DNA of 64,000 bases from Nitrosopumilus sp. Its GTDB lineage: Archaea; Thermoproteota; Nitrososphaeria; Nitrososphaerales; Nitrosopumilaceae. The position numbers and the translations under genes are program-made. The stretch is from NCBI GenBank assembly GCA_965197525.1, contig OZ240211.1, positions 256,001 to 320,000 on the forward strand, given 5' to 3'. Under the pieces are notes generated by a model. The model saw only the letters and a list, made by a program, of their open reading frames with translations, had not been told where the DNA came from and ran no database searches. Shown in pieces: positions 10,081 to 19,948 of this stretch (positions are counted from its first letter, which is position 1; every line of letters starts with the position of its first letter).

Positions 10081-11187
10081 ATGCATAACTTTCACAAACA
10101 CACATTGCAAGACAAACAAAAAATAGTATCAGAATTTTGTAAATTAAATACAGATGAAATCAAAACTCTCAATACGCCAGATCCTCAAAAATACGATTCC
10201 TTGATTGAAAATGTAATTGGTACATATGTATTGCCAATAGGTGTAGCTACTAATTTTAAAATTAATTCTAAAAAATATTTGATTCCCATGGTAACTGAGG
10301 AGCCATCGATAATTGCAGCAGCATCATCCGGTGCAAAAGCAGTTATCGGAGATATTGTCACATCTAATTCTGATTCATATATCATAGGCCAAATTCAAAT
10401 AATAAATCCTGATTCAGATGCCAAAGGACAGATAAAAAAAAACATGAAAAACATTCATGCAGAAATAAATAAATTTTTATCAAAACATATGAGATGTTTG
10501 AGTGTAGAGTATGAAGATATAGCGATTCCTATGGATAACCCCGATATACCCAAAATGGGGAAAGTAGAAATAAAAATAGATGCCGGTAATGCTATGGGTG
10601 CTAACGCAGTAAACACTGTGTGTGAAGGGATGTCCCCACTGATTCAAAGTATTACAGGCGGTCGTGTGTTATTGAGAATATTGTCAAATGCAAGATCACA
10701 ATTTGTACGGGCAGAGGCGACATTTAATGTTGATAAACAGGTAGCAAAAGATATCTTACTTGCATATCAATTTGCGCTAGTTGATAGTAATAGGGCAATA
10801 ACACACAACAAAGGAATAATGAATGGTATTTCGTCTGTTGCAATGGCTACCGGGCAAGATACCAGAGCTATAGAGGCATCTGCTCATTTACACGCTGTCC
10901 AGCATGGTAGGTATGAACCATTAACAACGTGGAGAATTACACAGCAAGGTTTGTTAGGTGTTATTGAATTACCAATACCAGTTGGTGTTGTTGGCGGCAT
11001 GACTAAACATCACGATACTGCGACAATTGCGTTAAAAATGCTAGGAAATCCAAATGCTTACCACTTGGCAGAGATTATGGCAGCAGTTGGATTATGTCAA
11101 AATTTTGCTGCGTTAAGAGCATTATGTGTTGATGGCATTCAAAAAGGACATATGAAATTACATTCAAGACGACAGGTACAAAGTTAA
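10081..11187 (+). CDS. mvaA: class II (bacterial-type) HMG-CoA reductase, short C-terminus
   Basis: ENVIG, TEEPSIIAAAS, (N)AMGAN, THNKGIMNG, GQDTRAIEA, GHMKLH. Start 10081 or 10039. Confidence 0.9.
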   Translation: MHNFHKHTLQDKQKIVSEFCKLNTDEIKTLNTPDPQKYDSLIENVIGTYVLPIGVATNFKINSKKYLIPMVTEEPSIIAAASSGAKAVIGDIVTSNSDSYIIGQIQIINPDSDAKGQIKKNMKNIHAEINKFLSKHMRCLSVEYEDIAIPMDNPDIPKMGKVEIKIDAGNAMGANAVNTVCEGMSPLIQSITGGRVLLRILSNARSQFVRAEATFNVDKQVAKDILLAYQFALVDSNRAITHNKGIMNGISSVAMATGQDTRAIEASAHLHAVQHGRYEPLTTWRITQQGLLGVIELPIPVGVVGGMTKHHDTATIALKMLGNPNAYHLAEIMAAVGLCQNFAALRALCVDGIQKGHMKLHSRRQVQS

Positions 11188-11393
11188 GCTGTGTTTTTAT
11201 TTTAGTTTCTACAGACATATTTATTAAAAAAAAGTAATTAGATTAGTGATAAGAAAAGAACAAGGGCATAATTGCTATTTATTGTTATCAATACAAAATT
11301 TGTAATGTTTTGTACTGGTATCGCTATGTGACAAATTCATGTGTTTAACCAAGATTTTCAAATATTCTTTTAAAGAAATTAAGATGATATAAC

Positions 11394-12013
11394 ATGGGAC
11401 GTTGGAAAAAAGGTCAAAAAATGGATTATTTGTTAGAATATTCTACAGTGCAGCATTGGCAAAATAGATTAAGAACAAACGGTTTAAAAAACACAACAGC
11501 AAATTCTAGTACAAAATCTGTATATTTGTACAAGCTTTCAGATTTCAATCAATGGTTCAAAGGACGACCATTTAGTGTCAAAGTAACCATAATAAAAAAT
11601 AATAAAATGATACACGAGAATACACAAAAAACCTTTGACAATGTAGAAAAACTGCTAGATTTTGGAGAAGAAGTAAATGGAAATGTCCCGCAAATAAAAA
11701 AGATAGTCAGTATGTATCTAGATGGCCCAATACATGAACATCTGTCATGTTCTTCAATGGATGGTATCTGTCTGCAATAAAATCATATTTTAGTGTACAT
11801 GATGTAGAAATTAACATAAAGTTCAATGGTCGTAAACGAGACCAATTTAACATTGAGGGAGAAGCAGAATTAACAATATCGGAATTTTATAAAATGTTGA
11901 CATATTCCAAGGCAGACCATACACCACGTGCAGTTGTGATGGTGAAATTTCAATCTGATCTTGACTCCAGTACACGCCAAAATAGAAAAAAGTGCATTCG
12001 TCCGAACATATGA
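11394..12013 (+). pseudogene. frameshifted, 3'-truncated tyrosine recombinase/integrase-like gene
   Basis: Two overlapping ORFs (11394-11780, 11747-12013) join with one added base near 11762 (MDG-YLSAIKSYF). STKSVYLYKLSDF and RAVVMVKFQSDLDSST resemble the integrase N-terminal domain and box I; the catalytic C-terminal half is absent. Confidence 0.55.
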
Positions 12014-12108
12014 TCGTTCTTAAGACACATGTTTTTCATTTCATTCCACATTGATATTACTTGACGGTGTTGGGATATGGTGTTTCGCTTACCTGAGAAA
12101 TTTGGTTA

Positions 12109-13905
12109 CTACACCAGATTCTTAAACCGCTTGTCGCTCGTGATTGTGCCAAACATTCCATTAGAGATGTTGGAACCCATTGATTTCTTGAAATCAGGAT
12201 CAATGCTTGTAAGTGTCTCCAGTAATTCTATGCATTCATCAATCCTTCCCATATGTGCCAAAATGTCAGCCTTTAGATATTTTGTTGATGTCTGGAACGA
12301 ATCTGATCTCTCCGACCTATCTGCGTAGGTAAGTGCCTCCTCTTTCCTATTCAGTTTCATCAGAGTATTTGCTAGACCGTATAGTGCTACAGGGTGCTCA
12401 GGATCTGATCTCAAGACACTATGAAAGTATGGCAAAGATTCAGATATCTTGCCCGAATTAGACATTGCCGATCCCAGGTTAGTTTTTGCTTCTAGATCAT
12501 CTGGCTTTATGTCAAGAACCTTCCTGTAACATGTCACGGCCTCTTTGTTTTTATCTAAATTTTGCAATGCCACACCCTTGTTGTAATATCCCGAGTACTG
12601 GGCAGGGTCTATTTTAGTGACCATTTCAAAGCATTTCACCGCCCTTTCATGATTTTCTATACCGGCATATGCCATACCCATAATTTCATATGCATGAGCG
12701 TTACGCGGATTGATCAGAATTTCCTTCTTGCAACATTCTATCGCTTTGTCGTAGCTACGTAGATTGTAATGTGCAAATCCCTTGTCAAAATCAATGCCTG
12801 TATAATCTAAATTTTCTTGTGATACTATGGAAAAACAATCAAGAGCGTCTGAATACTGCCCTAATTGTATAAACGCTCTCCCCATACCCAAGCGTCCCAA
12901 ATGGTCGTCAGGGCAGTATTTTATGTATATGTTCCAGTATTTCATGGCGGATTCTGCATCATTTAGTCCATCCTGTGTAATTATTGCGATGTGAAATACC
13001 GCATGGGATTCGTCATCGTCCAAGGTGCGCAGTTTGTCAAACATCTCAATGGCATCATTGTACATACCATAGCGCTCTAACCGCAAAGCGTTTTTGTGTA
13101 CCAATGATGCATCTTTCATCTCTTTACACTTGGCTACCTCCTCATTGATTCGATTTTCTGCGACTTGCATCTCTGCCATGTTGTTGTAGTTGTATTTTAA
13201 TTCATATGTGTCCCCACTATGACTTGCAGGATAGTCACGTTGCGTGTGTGGCATATGCCTCAAGGTCATAAACGAATCCCATATATGTGACCAGCGGTCA
13301 GTGTTTTGAATCGTCGCGTGTTCTGTAGAGCGCAGATTTTTTACCTCTTCCCACTTTCTGATCAACTCACTGCTTGCCTCCTTGTTCTCAGGATAGTTAT
13401 CGAACACCATCCACCTGTTCAGCAGATCATTGACATCCTTTGTTCTGTCTTGCTTGAGCATCTCCTTAATTATGCCTTCCTCCTCGTCCAATTCAGTTAG
13501 CATCGTGCATAACTGACATGCATCCATAGCAATATGTGTCTTGAACCACTGCTGTATGATCTCCGACATTGTATTCTCAGTGTCCTTTGCAGTATCAACT
13601 GCCAACCGGATCGATTTGAGCGGCAGAATTAACATTCCTCCGTTGGCTCGTATCATAGCCTGCGCGGTCAACATGGCTGTTCTTTTGTTGCCATCACTCA
13701 AGGCATGCACCTTTGTAATCGTCTCCATCAATATTGCTGCCTTTTGATATAGTTCGGAGTACTTTTCATTACCGTAGATATTCATCCTGGGTTTTTCCAG
13801 TGCAAATTCAAGTTGACCGTTGTTTATGATCACTATTTTGGTATGCTGTGACTTGTTAATCTCCTCTATAATTGCCTTAACATGCTGTATGGTTGGATAG
13901 TACAC
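12109..13905 (-). CDS. Fic/Doc-family protein with C-terminal TPR repeats
   Basis: N-terminal HALSDGNKRTA (Doc-type HxFxD(G/A)NKR variant); about 8 TPR-like helical repeats in the C-terminal half (e.g. AYEIMGMAYAGIENHERAVKCFEMVTKIDP). Confidence 0.88.
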   Translation of the reverse strand: MYYPTIQHVKAIIEEINKSQHTKIVIINNGQLEFALEKPRMNIYGNEKYSELYQKAAILMETITKVHALSDGNKRTAMLTAQAMIRANGGMLILPLKSIRLAVDTAKDTENTMSEIIQQWFKTHIAMDACQLCTMLTELDEEEGIIKEMLKQDRTKDVNDLLNRWMVFDNYPENKEASSELIRKWEEVKNLRSTEHATIQNTDRWSHIWDSFMTLRHMPHTQRDYPASHSGDTYELKYNYNNMAEMQVAENRINEEVAKCKEMKDASLVHKNALRLERYGMYNDAIEMFDKLRTLDDDESHAVFHIAIITQDGLNDAESAMKYWNIYIKYCPDDHLGRLGMGRAFIQLGQYSDALDCFSIVSQENLDYTGIDFDKGFAHYNLRSYDKAIECCKKEILINPRNAHAYEIMGMAYAGIENHERAVKCFEMVTKIDPAQYSGYYNKGVALQNLDKNKEAVTCYRKVLDIKPDDLEAKTNLGSAMSNSGKISESLPYFHSVLRSDPEHPVALYGLANTLMKLNRKEEALTYADRSERSDSFQTSTKYLKADILAHMGRIDECIELLETLTSIDPDFKKSMGSNISNGMFGTITSDKRFKNLV

Positions 13906-13906
13906 G

Positions 13907-14035
13907 TTAAATCTCTGCTAGCCTGTTGTACACTTTAAAGTTTTTGGAAAGTGCTTCGGCTACTATCTTCTTGATATCTTCTTCGGTGACGTTTTTCATT
14001 GGCTTAAACGTTTCTTTTTGCTTCTCTTGAATCAT
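13907..14035 (-). CDS. putative antitoxin of the Doc-TPR gene (42 aa, not in ORF track)
   Basis: MIQEKQKETFKPMKNVTEEDIKKIVAEALSKNFKVYNRLAEI; stop 1 nt before the Doc GTG; C-terminal helix resembles Doc-neutralising tails of the N..Y.RLA type. Confidence 0.65.
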   Translation of the reverse strand: MIQEKQKETFKPMKNVTEEDIKKIVAEALSKNFKVYNRLAEI

Positions 14036-14163
14036 GATATCTGTTGATCTTCTTTATGTAAATATGTTATGCAGTAGTCAGTAGTCTGCGGTATCCCGAA
14101 AGTAGTTAATCCATCTTCAAAACTTGGAGATGTTTGCATGTGTGATGTTCTGGAGTGAGACAT
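14032..14163 (-). CDS. possible 43-aa ORF coupled (ATGA overlap) to the putative antitoxin
   Basis: MSHSRTSHMQTSPSFEDGLTTFGIPQTTDYCITYLHKEDQQIS; the only support is the 4-bp start/stop overlap. Confidence 0.25.
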   Translation of the reverse strand: MSHSRTSHMQTSPSFEDGLTTFGIPQTTDYCITYLHKEDQQIS

Positions 14164-14693
14164 AACTGTCTTGCGATAAATTCTGTTGTACAATTCATAT
14201 ATTTTAAATTAATAACTACATCTGTAAAATATGGAAATCTCTATCTAAATTCTTAAATATATTCGACGTCTATACAATTTATGCGAACAAGGGATCCCAA
14301 ATACAGAAAGTACATGTATGCTTTAATGGGTGTGTGCGCTGCTATAATACTACTAGTGAACATCTAAATCTTGGTTGATTGAGTGTACAGCAAGCATTAT
14401 CTGAATTTGTATCTATATCTTGTATGTCGGGGTATGGTAATCTAGTACTGTCTATAATCATCAAATTTTAAACCGATGGAGAAATATGCCATATGCTAGT
14501 TAAATAAACAGTTTTACAATAAAGATATCAAAATATCAATGCTATGTGATGCTGGTAATTATTATGATGGTGGTGGTGATGATGATGTATACATGATAAT
14601 GCATCTTAGCAAAGATGATAATCCGAGTAGAACCTATGAAAATCTCCAAAACCATACATTTCCTTTAAATTATGATTTATTTGATAACCCTGT

Positions 14694-16034
14694 ATGCAAG
14701 ATGATGCTTTTCTCAGATGCATAAATCCACAATGCGGTTTGGAGTATCCAATCCACAGTGCAAACGTATACTGCGAACATGGCCATTTACTTGATGTTAC
14801 ATACAAAAACAAGCCTTCAGTTAGTCTCAAGGATACATTTTACAAAAGACGCAACTCCGAAGGTAGTATCTTCAATGAGAGCGGGGTATGGAGATTTCGT
14901 GAATTGTTAAATTTCTGTCGTATAGATACAGAGGACATTACAGAGTGTTCCAAATATCTGGTATCCCTTGATGGTGCTGAGGGAAGACAATCAAAACCAT
15001 ACAGAATGTCAAAGGCTGCAGACTATATCAATACCTCAAATGATAACTTATGGCTACAACCAGAAGGCTACAACCCAAGCGGCTCATTTAAAGATAATGG
15101 CATGGCCACTGCAGTAACTCATGCAAAGATGATAGGTGCCAAAAAAATTGTTTGCGCGTCTACGGGCAACACCTCAGCATCAGCTGGAATGTTTGCAGCT
15201 AATGAGGGAATTGAGTGTGATGTATATATTCCAGCAGGGCAAATAGCTCCTGGAAAACTCAGTCAAGCATATCAGTTCGGAGCTCAAATCTTGCAGATTG
15301 AAGGAAATTTTGACGATGCATTACAACAATCACTGCATAATACACAAAACAACAACAATGGTTATACCGTTAATTCCATAAATCCATTTAGAATAGAGGG
15401 TCAAAAAACAATTCCGTTTAGAGCATTAGAGTACTTGAATTGGGAGACTCCTGATTGGATAGTGTATCCGGGTGGTGCATTAGGGAACACATCAAGTTGT
15501 GGCAAAGCACTAATGGAATTATATGAATGGGGGTGGATAAAAAAAATTCCACGAATCGCAGTTATTAATTCGCAAGGCGCTAGTACTTTATCTGACCTGT
15601 ACAATGGATCATTCCAAGACGAACCACTAACATGGAACAACGGCAATCCAAATACGGAATTGATCTCCGAGTACTATGACTATCTGAATAAACAGGATCT
15701 AAAACCAAACACCAAAGCCACTGCCATACAGATCGGAAGACCTGCAAATCTCCTCAAGGGATTGCGAGCATTAGAATTTACAAACGGTGTGGCGACTACA
15801 GTCTCTGATTCTGAGATGCTTGATGGAATGTCTGTTGTGGGTCTAAACGGATTTGATTGCGAGATGGCATCAGGTGCAACAGTAGCAGGAATAAAGAAAC
15901 TGATCGATGAAGACATAATCAAAACTGATGATGATGTTGTTGGAATCCTTACAGGCAGGCAAAAAGATGCAATGATACCTGTCACATATCACAACAATCC
16001 GGAGAATAAATTCGCGATTCCGCCAAAAAGCTAA
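14694..16034 (+). CDS. thrC: threonine synthase
   Basis: N-terminal Zn-ribbon, PEGYNPSGSFKD (PLP Lys), CASTGNTSAS, PGGALGN. Confidence 0.93.
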   Translation: MQDDAFLRCINPQCGLEYPIHSANVYCEHGHLLDVTYKNKPSVSLKDTFYKRRNSEGSIFNESGVWRFRELLNFCRIDTEDITECSKYLVSLDGAEGRQSKPYRMSKAADYINTSNDNLWLQPEGYNPSGSFKDNGMATAVTHAKMIGAKKIVCASTGNTSASAGMFAANEGIECDVYIPAGQIAPGKLSQAYQFGAQILQIEGNFDDALQQSLHNTQNNNNGYTVNSINPFRIEGQKTIPFRALEYLNWETPDWIVYPGGALGNTSSCGKALMELYEWGWIKKIPRIAVINSQGASTLSDLYNGSFQDEPLTWNNGNPNTELISEYYDYLNKQDLKPNTKATAIQIGRPANLLKGLRALEFTNGVATTVSDSEMLDGMSVVGLNGFDCEMASGATVAGIKKLIDEDIIKTDDDVVGILTGRQKDAMIPVTYHNNPENKFAIPPKS

Positions 16035-16172
16035 TCATTTTTCCGATGGGATCACTTTAAAACGTTTTTTGCCTAAAGGTTAAATTCTAGTCCAGCCAAC
16101 AGATGGTACCAAAAAGATGGTGCAAAAAATCTAAATGAGTACACAATACACTAATTTACAAAAATCTTCCCA

Positions 16173-17438
16173 GTGGAGAATGGTATGGTAGATTTATGGG
16201 TAGAGATCACAACGTTAGCTGTTCTTATAGGAATGTCAGGATTCTTCAGCGGATTGGAAGTTGCACTAGTAGGGGTCAGAAAATCAAAAGTTCTTCAATT
16301 GTACAAAGAAAAGAAGAAAGGTTCAAAGGCACTGTATCGACTAAAGACACACCCTACTTGGATGATGGCAAGTGTGAATCTTGGAAACAATCTAGTAAAT
16401 ATTGGCGCATCAGCACTTGCTACTAGCGTAGCTATCAGACTATTTGGTAATGACGGATTGGGTATCGCAGTCGGGGTTATGACGTTTCTTATCTTGATAT
16501 TCGGTGAGATTACCCCCAAGACGTATTGCAATGCCAACTCTACTAAGATTGCGTTACGTTATGCAGCAGTGCTGCTGATATTTAGTTATGCGCTTTATCC
16601 TGTCGTAAAATTCTTTGAGATAATCACAAAAGGGGTTGTAAAACTTACAGGCAGTAGTCACGAACCGCCTCCCATAACAGAAGATGAGATCAAAGGAATA
16701 ATCGAACAGGGATTAGAGGAGAAAGCTCTTGAAAAAGACGAGATGGAACTAGTTCACGGTGCACTCAAGTTTGACGACACTGCAATTCGTTCTGTTATGA
16801 CTCCTAGAACCAAAATGTTTACACTAAACTCCAAGATGTTACTCTTTGAGGCATTACCACACATCAACAAGTGTGGACATTCAAGGATTCCAATCTTTGG
16901 TAATACCAGTGATGATATTGTAGGATTTATTCATGTACGAGATGTTCTACATGAGTTTGAAAAAGACAACAAAATGGCAACGCTAGAGCAGATATCACGT
17001 AAAGCAGTGTTTGCATCGCAAGAAAAGATGGTCAGCGCGTTACTCAAAGAAATGAAGGGTAGAAAGACCCACATAGCAATAGTGCTCGACGAGCACGGTG
17101 GTGTTGAGGGGCTAGTGACATTAGAGGACTTGTTAGAAGAGATTGTAGGCGAGATTGAAGATGAGACTGACCTAGAACCTCCAAAATTATACGAACGAGT
17201 TGACAAGGACACTATAATTACAAACGGCGACATAGATATTGATATCATTAATGAGATATTTGACACACAGATACCAGAAGGCGATGATTATGCGTCCCTT
17301 AATGGATTATTGCACGAACGACTGCAAGATCTGCCGCAAGAAGGTGACAAGGTAGTACTCGATGATCTACGCATAGTGGTAGAAAAGGTATCAAAGAATA
17401 TTCCGAAAAAAATTCGCATTGCAAGGATTAAGGATTAG
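16173..17438 (+). CDS. CNNM/DUF21-CBS-CorC (hemolysin-like) membrane protein
   Basis: SGFFSGLEVAL, FGEITPK, tandem CBS domains, DLLEEIVGEIEDE, CorC-type C-terminus. Confidence 0.92.
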   Translation: MENGMVDLWVEITTLAVLIGMSGFFSGLEVALVGVRKSKVLQLYKEKKKGSKALYRLKTHPTWMMASVNLGNNLVNIGASALATSVAIRLFGNDGLGIAVGVMTFLILIFGEITPKTYCNANSTKIALRYAAVLLIFSYALYPVVKFFEIITKGVVKLTGSSHEPPPITEDEIKGIIEQGLEEKALEKDEMELVHGALKFDDTAIRSVMTPRTKMFTLNSKMLLFEALPHINKCGHSRIPIFGNTSDDIVGFIHVRDVLHEFEKDNKMATLEQISRKAVFASQEKMVSALLKEMKGRKTHIAIVLDEHGGVEGLVTLEDLLEEIVGEIEDETDLEPPKLYERVDKDTIITNGDIDIDIINEIFDTQIPEGDDYASLNGLLHERLQDLPQEGDKVVLDDLRIVVEKVSKNIPKKIRIARIKD

Positions 17439-18496
17439 AGATTAGATTTTGCAAAATATTTCTCTAGTTTATTCTTCTTTTCAGCCATATGAAATACGGA
17501 TTCAGTATGCGCAAATGCGTCTTTGTATGATCTATCAAATAACATAGCCTGTAACAGCATATGGTTTTCGGGAATCACTATCCCTGTTTGATCATCTGAA
17601 TACATCATCTGTATTGTATCTCCTATGGATACTGTCATGTTTGCATGAATGTGCAACATGTTGGTATCAGTAAAATTAAAGCCCATATTCTGTGCATAAT
17701 CTCTGACATCTTTTGTACCTTTAGCAGTCCACAATACTGCCACTCCGAATTCATCTGCAAACAAGTTGTGTATGTCTGATGGTTTTGGCGCAGGTGAATT
17801 TTTAAACCGAATATCAATAATATGTAAGTGCATCTGACGCGATGGAACTTTTATTGCACGAACGTATAACGGCGTATCTTTTTTGAGATACATCTTTGCA
17901 TCATCTCCATGGTGCGGTTTCTCTGTCATCTGTATGGTATCAACAACATCTTTTTCAGTCTGTTCAATATCTGCCCAACGCCTGACTAGTGTAAGATCAA
18001 ATCGTAACAATTCATTGTTGTATCTCTCTTGTAATGGTCCGATGACTCTGCCCATTCCAGTTACGTTGCAGCTTCCTTGCATTACGTGTGTTTTCTGGAA
18101 CGCTTTGTCATAGTTCATCCGCGAGTTAAATATCATGTCAGATACTGCCTGATCTCCAGTAGCTGATTCCCCGCCTTGATATATTGCACTAATGCCTTTA
18201 GGTTCGTACAGTGACACCTTGTTTTTATAACCCAATCCGTTTGGCGATGCATCAATAACTAGATCAGACTTGTCTAATGCGTCAGGTATTGTACCTGCAA
18301 TGTTGTAGTCGTTGAACTTGTCTATCCTGTCTTCTGGGACGTATATGTCAATGCCTTTGGATGTCGCAGTGTTTATCTTGTCATCTGCAGAGTATTTTCC
18401 TGCCCCTACAACTTTGATCTCAGGGTCATCCATAAGAAAAGCAGCAATCCTGCTACCGATTGAGCCATATCCGTTGACAAACACTCGTTTACTCAT
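17435..18496 (-). CDS. gap: archaeal type II glyceraldehyde-3-phosphate dehydrogenase
   Basis: VNGYGSIG Rossmann motif, YQGGE, catalytic GSCN, SDDQTGIVIPEN. Confidence 0.92.
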   Translation of the reverse strand: MSKRVFVNGYGSIGSRIAAFLMDDPEIKVVGAGKYSADDKINTATSKGIDIYVPEDRIDKFNDYNIAGTIPDALDKSDLVIDASPNGLGYKNKVSLYEPKGISAIYQGGESATGDQAVSDMIFNSRMNYDKAFQKTHVMQGSCNVTGMGRVIGPLQERYNNELLRFDLTLVRRWADIEQTEKDVVDTIQMTEKPHHGDDAKMYLKKDTPLYVRAIKVPSRQMHLHIIDIRFKNSPAPKPSDIHNLFADEFGVAVLWTAKGTKDVRDYAQNMGFNFTDTNMLHIHANMTVSIGDTIQMMYSDDQTGIVIPENHMLLQAMLFDRSYKDAFAHTESVFHMAEKKNKLEKYFAKSNL

Positions 18497-18645
18497 AATT
18501 GCTATACTCTAATCACCCATATTTAGCTTAGTCATAAAGACAGATCTTGAATCTAATCCAAACAGAGTATCCAATTACGCACTGACAAAATCACCATATA
18601 ACAATGTCATTATACTTTAAATGCTTAAACATCTTGATACTGTTA

Positions 18646-18954
18646 ATGGGATTTCTATCAAATTTTAAAAAAGAACTCCAAGCGGCTAAAAAAGCCAAAG
18701 CGGCTCAAATCAACGGCAAAGAGCTAAAAAAACTATTAAAAAAATTCAAAGAAGAACGCGATAGAATAGAAAAAGAGACAGGCATCAGACCTCAAATCGA
18801 TTCCAATACACAAATGTTCATGCAAAAAGTTCTAAACGTCTGGATTAATCAAGGGCGAAACATTGACGAAGAAAAGTTTTGGCGAGAAGTCGATTACAAT
18901 AGACAGTTTGACCATCCTGTAGAATACTATGAAATTAACAGAGATATGCGGTGA
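18646..18954 (+). CDS. hypothetical protein
   Basis: Charged, natural-looking ORF; ATG 18646 (MGFLSNFKKE) preferred over 18604. Confidence 0.75.
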   Translation: MGFLSNFKKELQAAKKAKAAQINGKELKKLLKKFKEERDRIEKETGIRPQIDSNTQMFMQKVLNVWINQGRNIDEEKFWREVDYNRQFDHPVEYYEINRDMR

Positions 18955-19091
18955 TGGGAACAGTAATAAGAATAATGAGGATATAACACTTCTCATAATT
19001 TTTTAACAGCAATACAAGATTTCAACTATATTCTAAACCGTGAAAACATTTTACAAAAGGCTAAATGGATTGACATATGTGAAATGTTATA

Positions 19092-19835
19092 ATGCTACAT
19101 CCTCTATCGCTTGCTATAGGTGCAGGCGTTACTGCTTTGGCAATAATGGTATCTTTTCTCATATTTACATCTGACTCACAAGAATTAATAATTGAACCCG
19201 CACCTGTTATTCCTACAGATATCAAACCATCACCTACGATAGAACCACAACGCCAAGCAATAATAACCTCAGAGACATTCTTGGCAAACGCGTCTCCCGT
19301 GTTAGGGAATCCTGATGCTGCAGTCACATTAGTAGAGTTTGGAGATTATCAATGCCACTATTGTAATGTCTTTTTTCATTCCACTGAGGATCAAATTATA
19401 ACCAAATATGTCAATACAGGCAAGGTAAAGATGATCTTCAAGGATTTCAACATTATAGGTCCTGACTCTGTTAACGCATCACATGGAGCACATTGCGCCG
19501 GTGATCAAAACTTGTTTTGGGAGTATCATGATATCTTGTACTCGAATTGGACTGGAGAGAACAATGGGTGGGCATCACTGGAGAATCTTGCAGTATATGC
19601 CCAAGAACTAGATGGCCTTGGCATCGATAAATGGTCTGCATGTATGGAGGAAGGCAAACACTCGCAAAAGATTCTTGCAAGTAATCAAGATGCCAAAACT
19701 TTGGAGCTGACCGGTACACCTGCATTCTTTGTAATAGGTCCTGCAGGCACAACAACACCACCGTTACAACTATTTGGAGCACAATCTTTTGAGACATTTG
19801 AGAGGGTTATTGAGGAGAGATTAGATGAAAGGTAA
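19092..19835 (+). CDS. membrane-anchored DsbA/thioredoxin-fold protein
   Basis: N-terminal TM helix, VEFGDYQCHYC, TGTPAF cis-Pro loop. Confidence 0.92.
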   Translation: MLHPLSLAIGAGVTALAIMVSFLIFTSDSQELIIEPAPVIPTDIKPSPTIEPQRQAIITSETFLANASPVLGNPDAAVTLVEFGDYQCHYCNVFFHSTEDQIITKYVNTGKVKMIFKDFNIIGPDSVNASHGAHCAGDQNLFWEYHDILYSNWTGENNGWASLENLAVYAQELDGLGIDKWSACMEEGKHSQKILASNQDAKTLELTGTPAFFVIGPAGTTTPPLQLFGAQSFETFERVIEERLDER

Positions 19836-19948
19836 TCCCAATTACGCTCAAATCACACAAAATTAGTCAAAAAATACTGCCAAACTAGTATAAAAGCCAT
19901 CTAATACAAATTCATTAGCCTTATTAATGAATCAGAGAATCCAATGAT

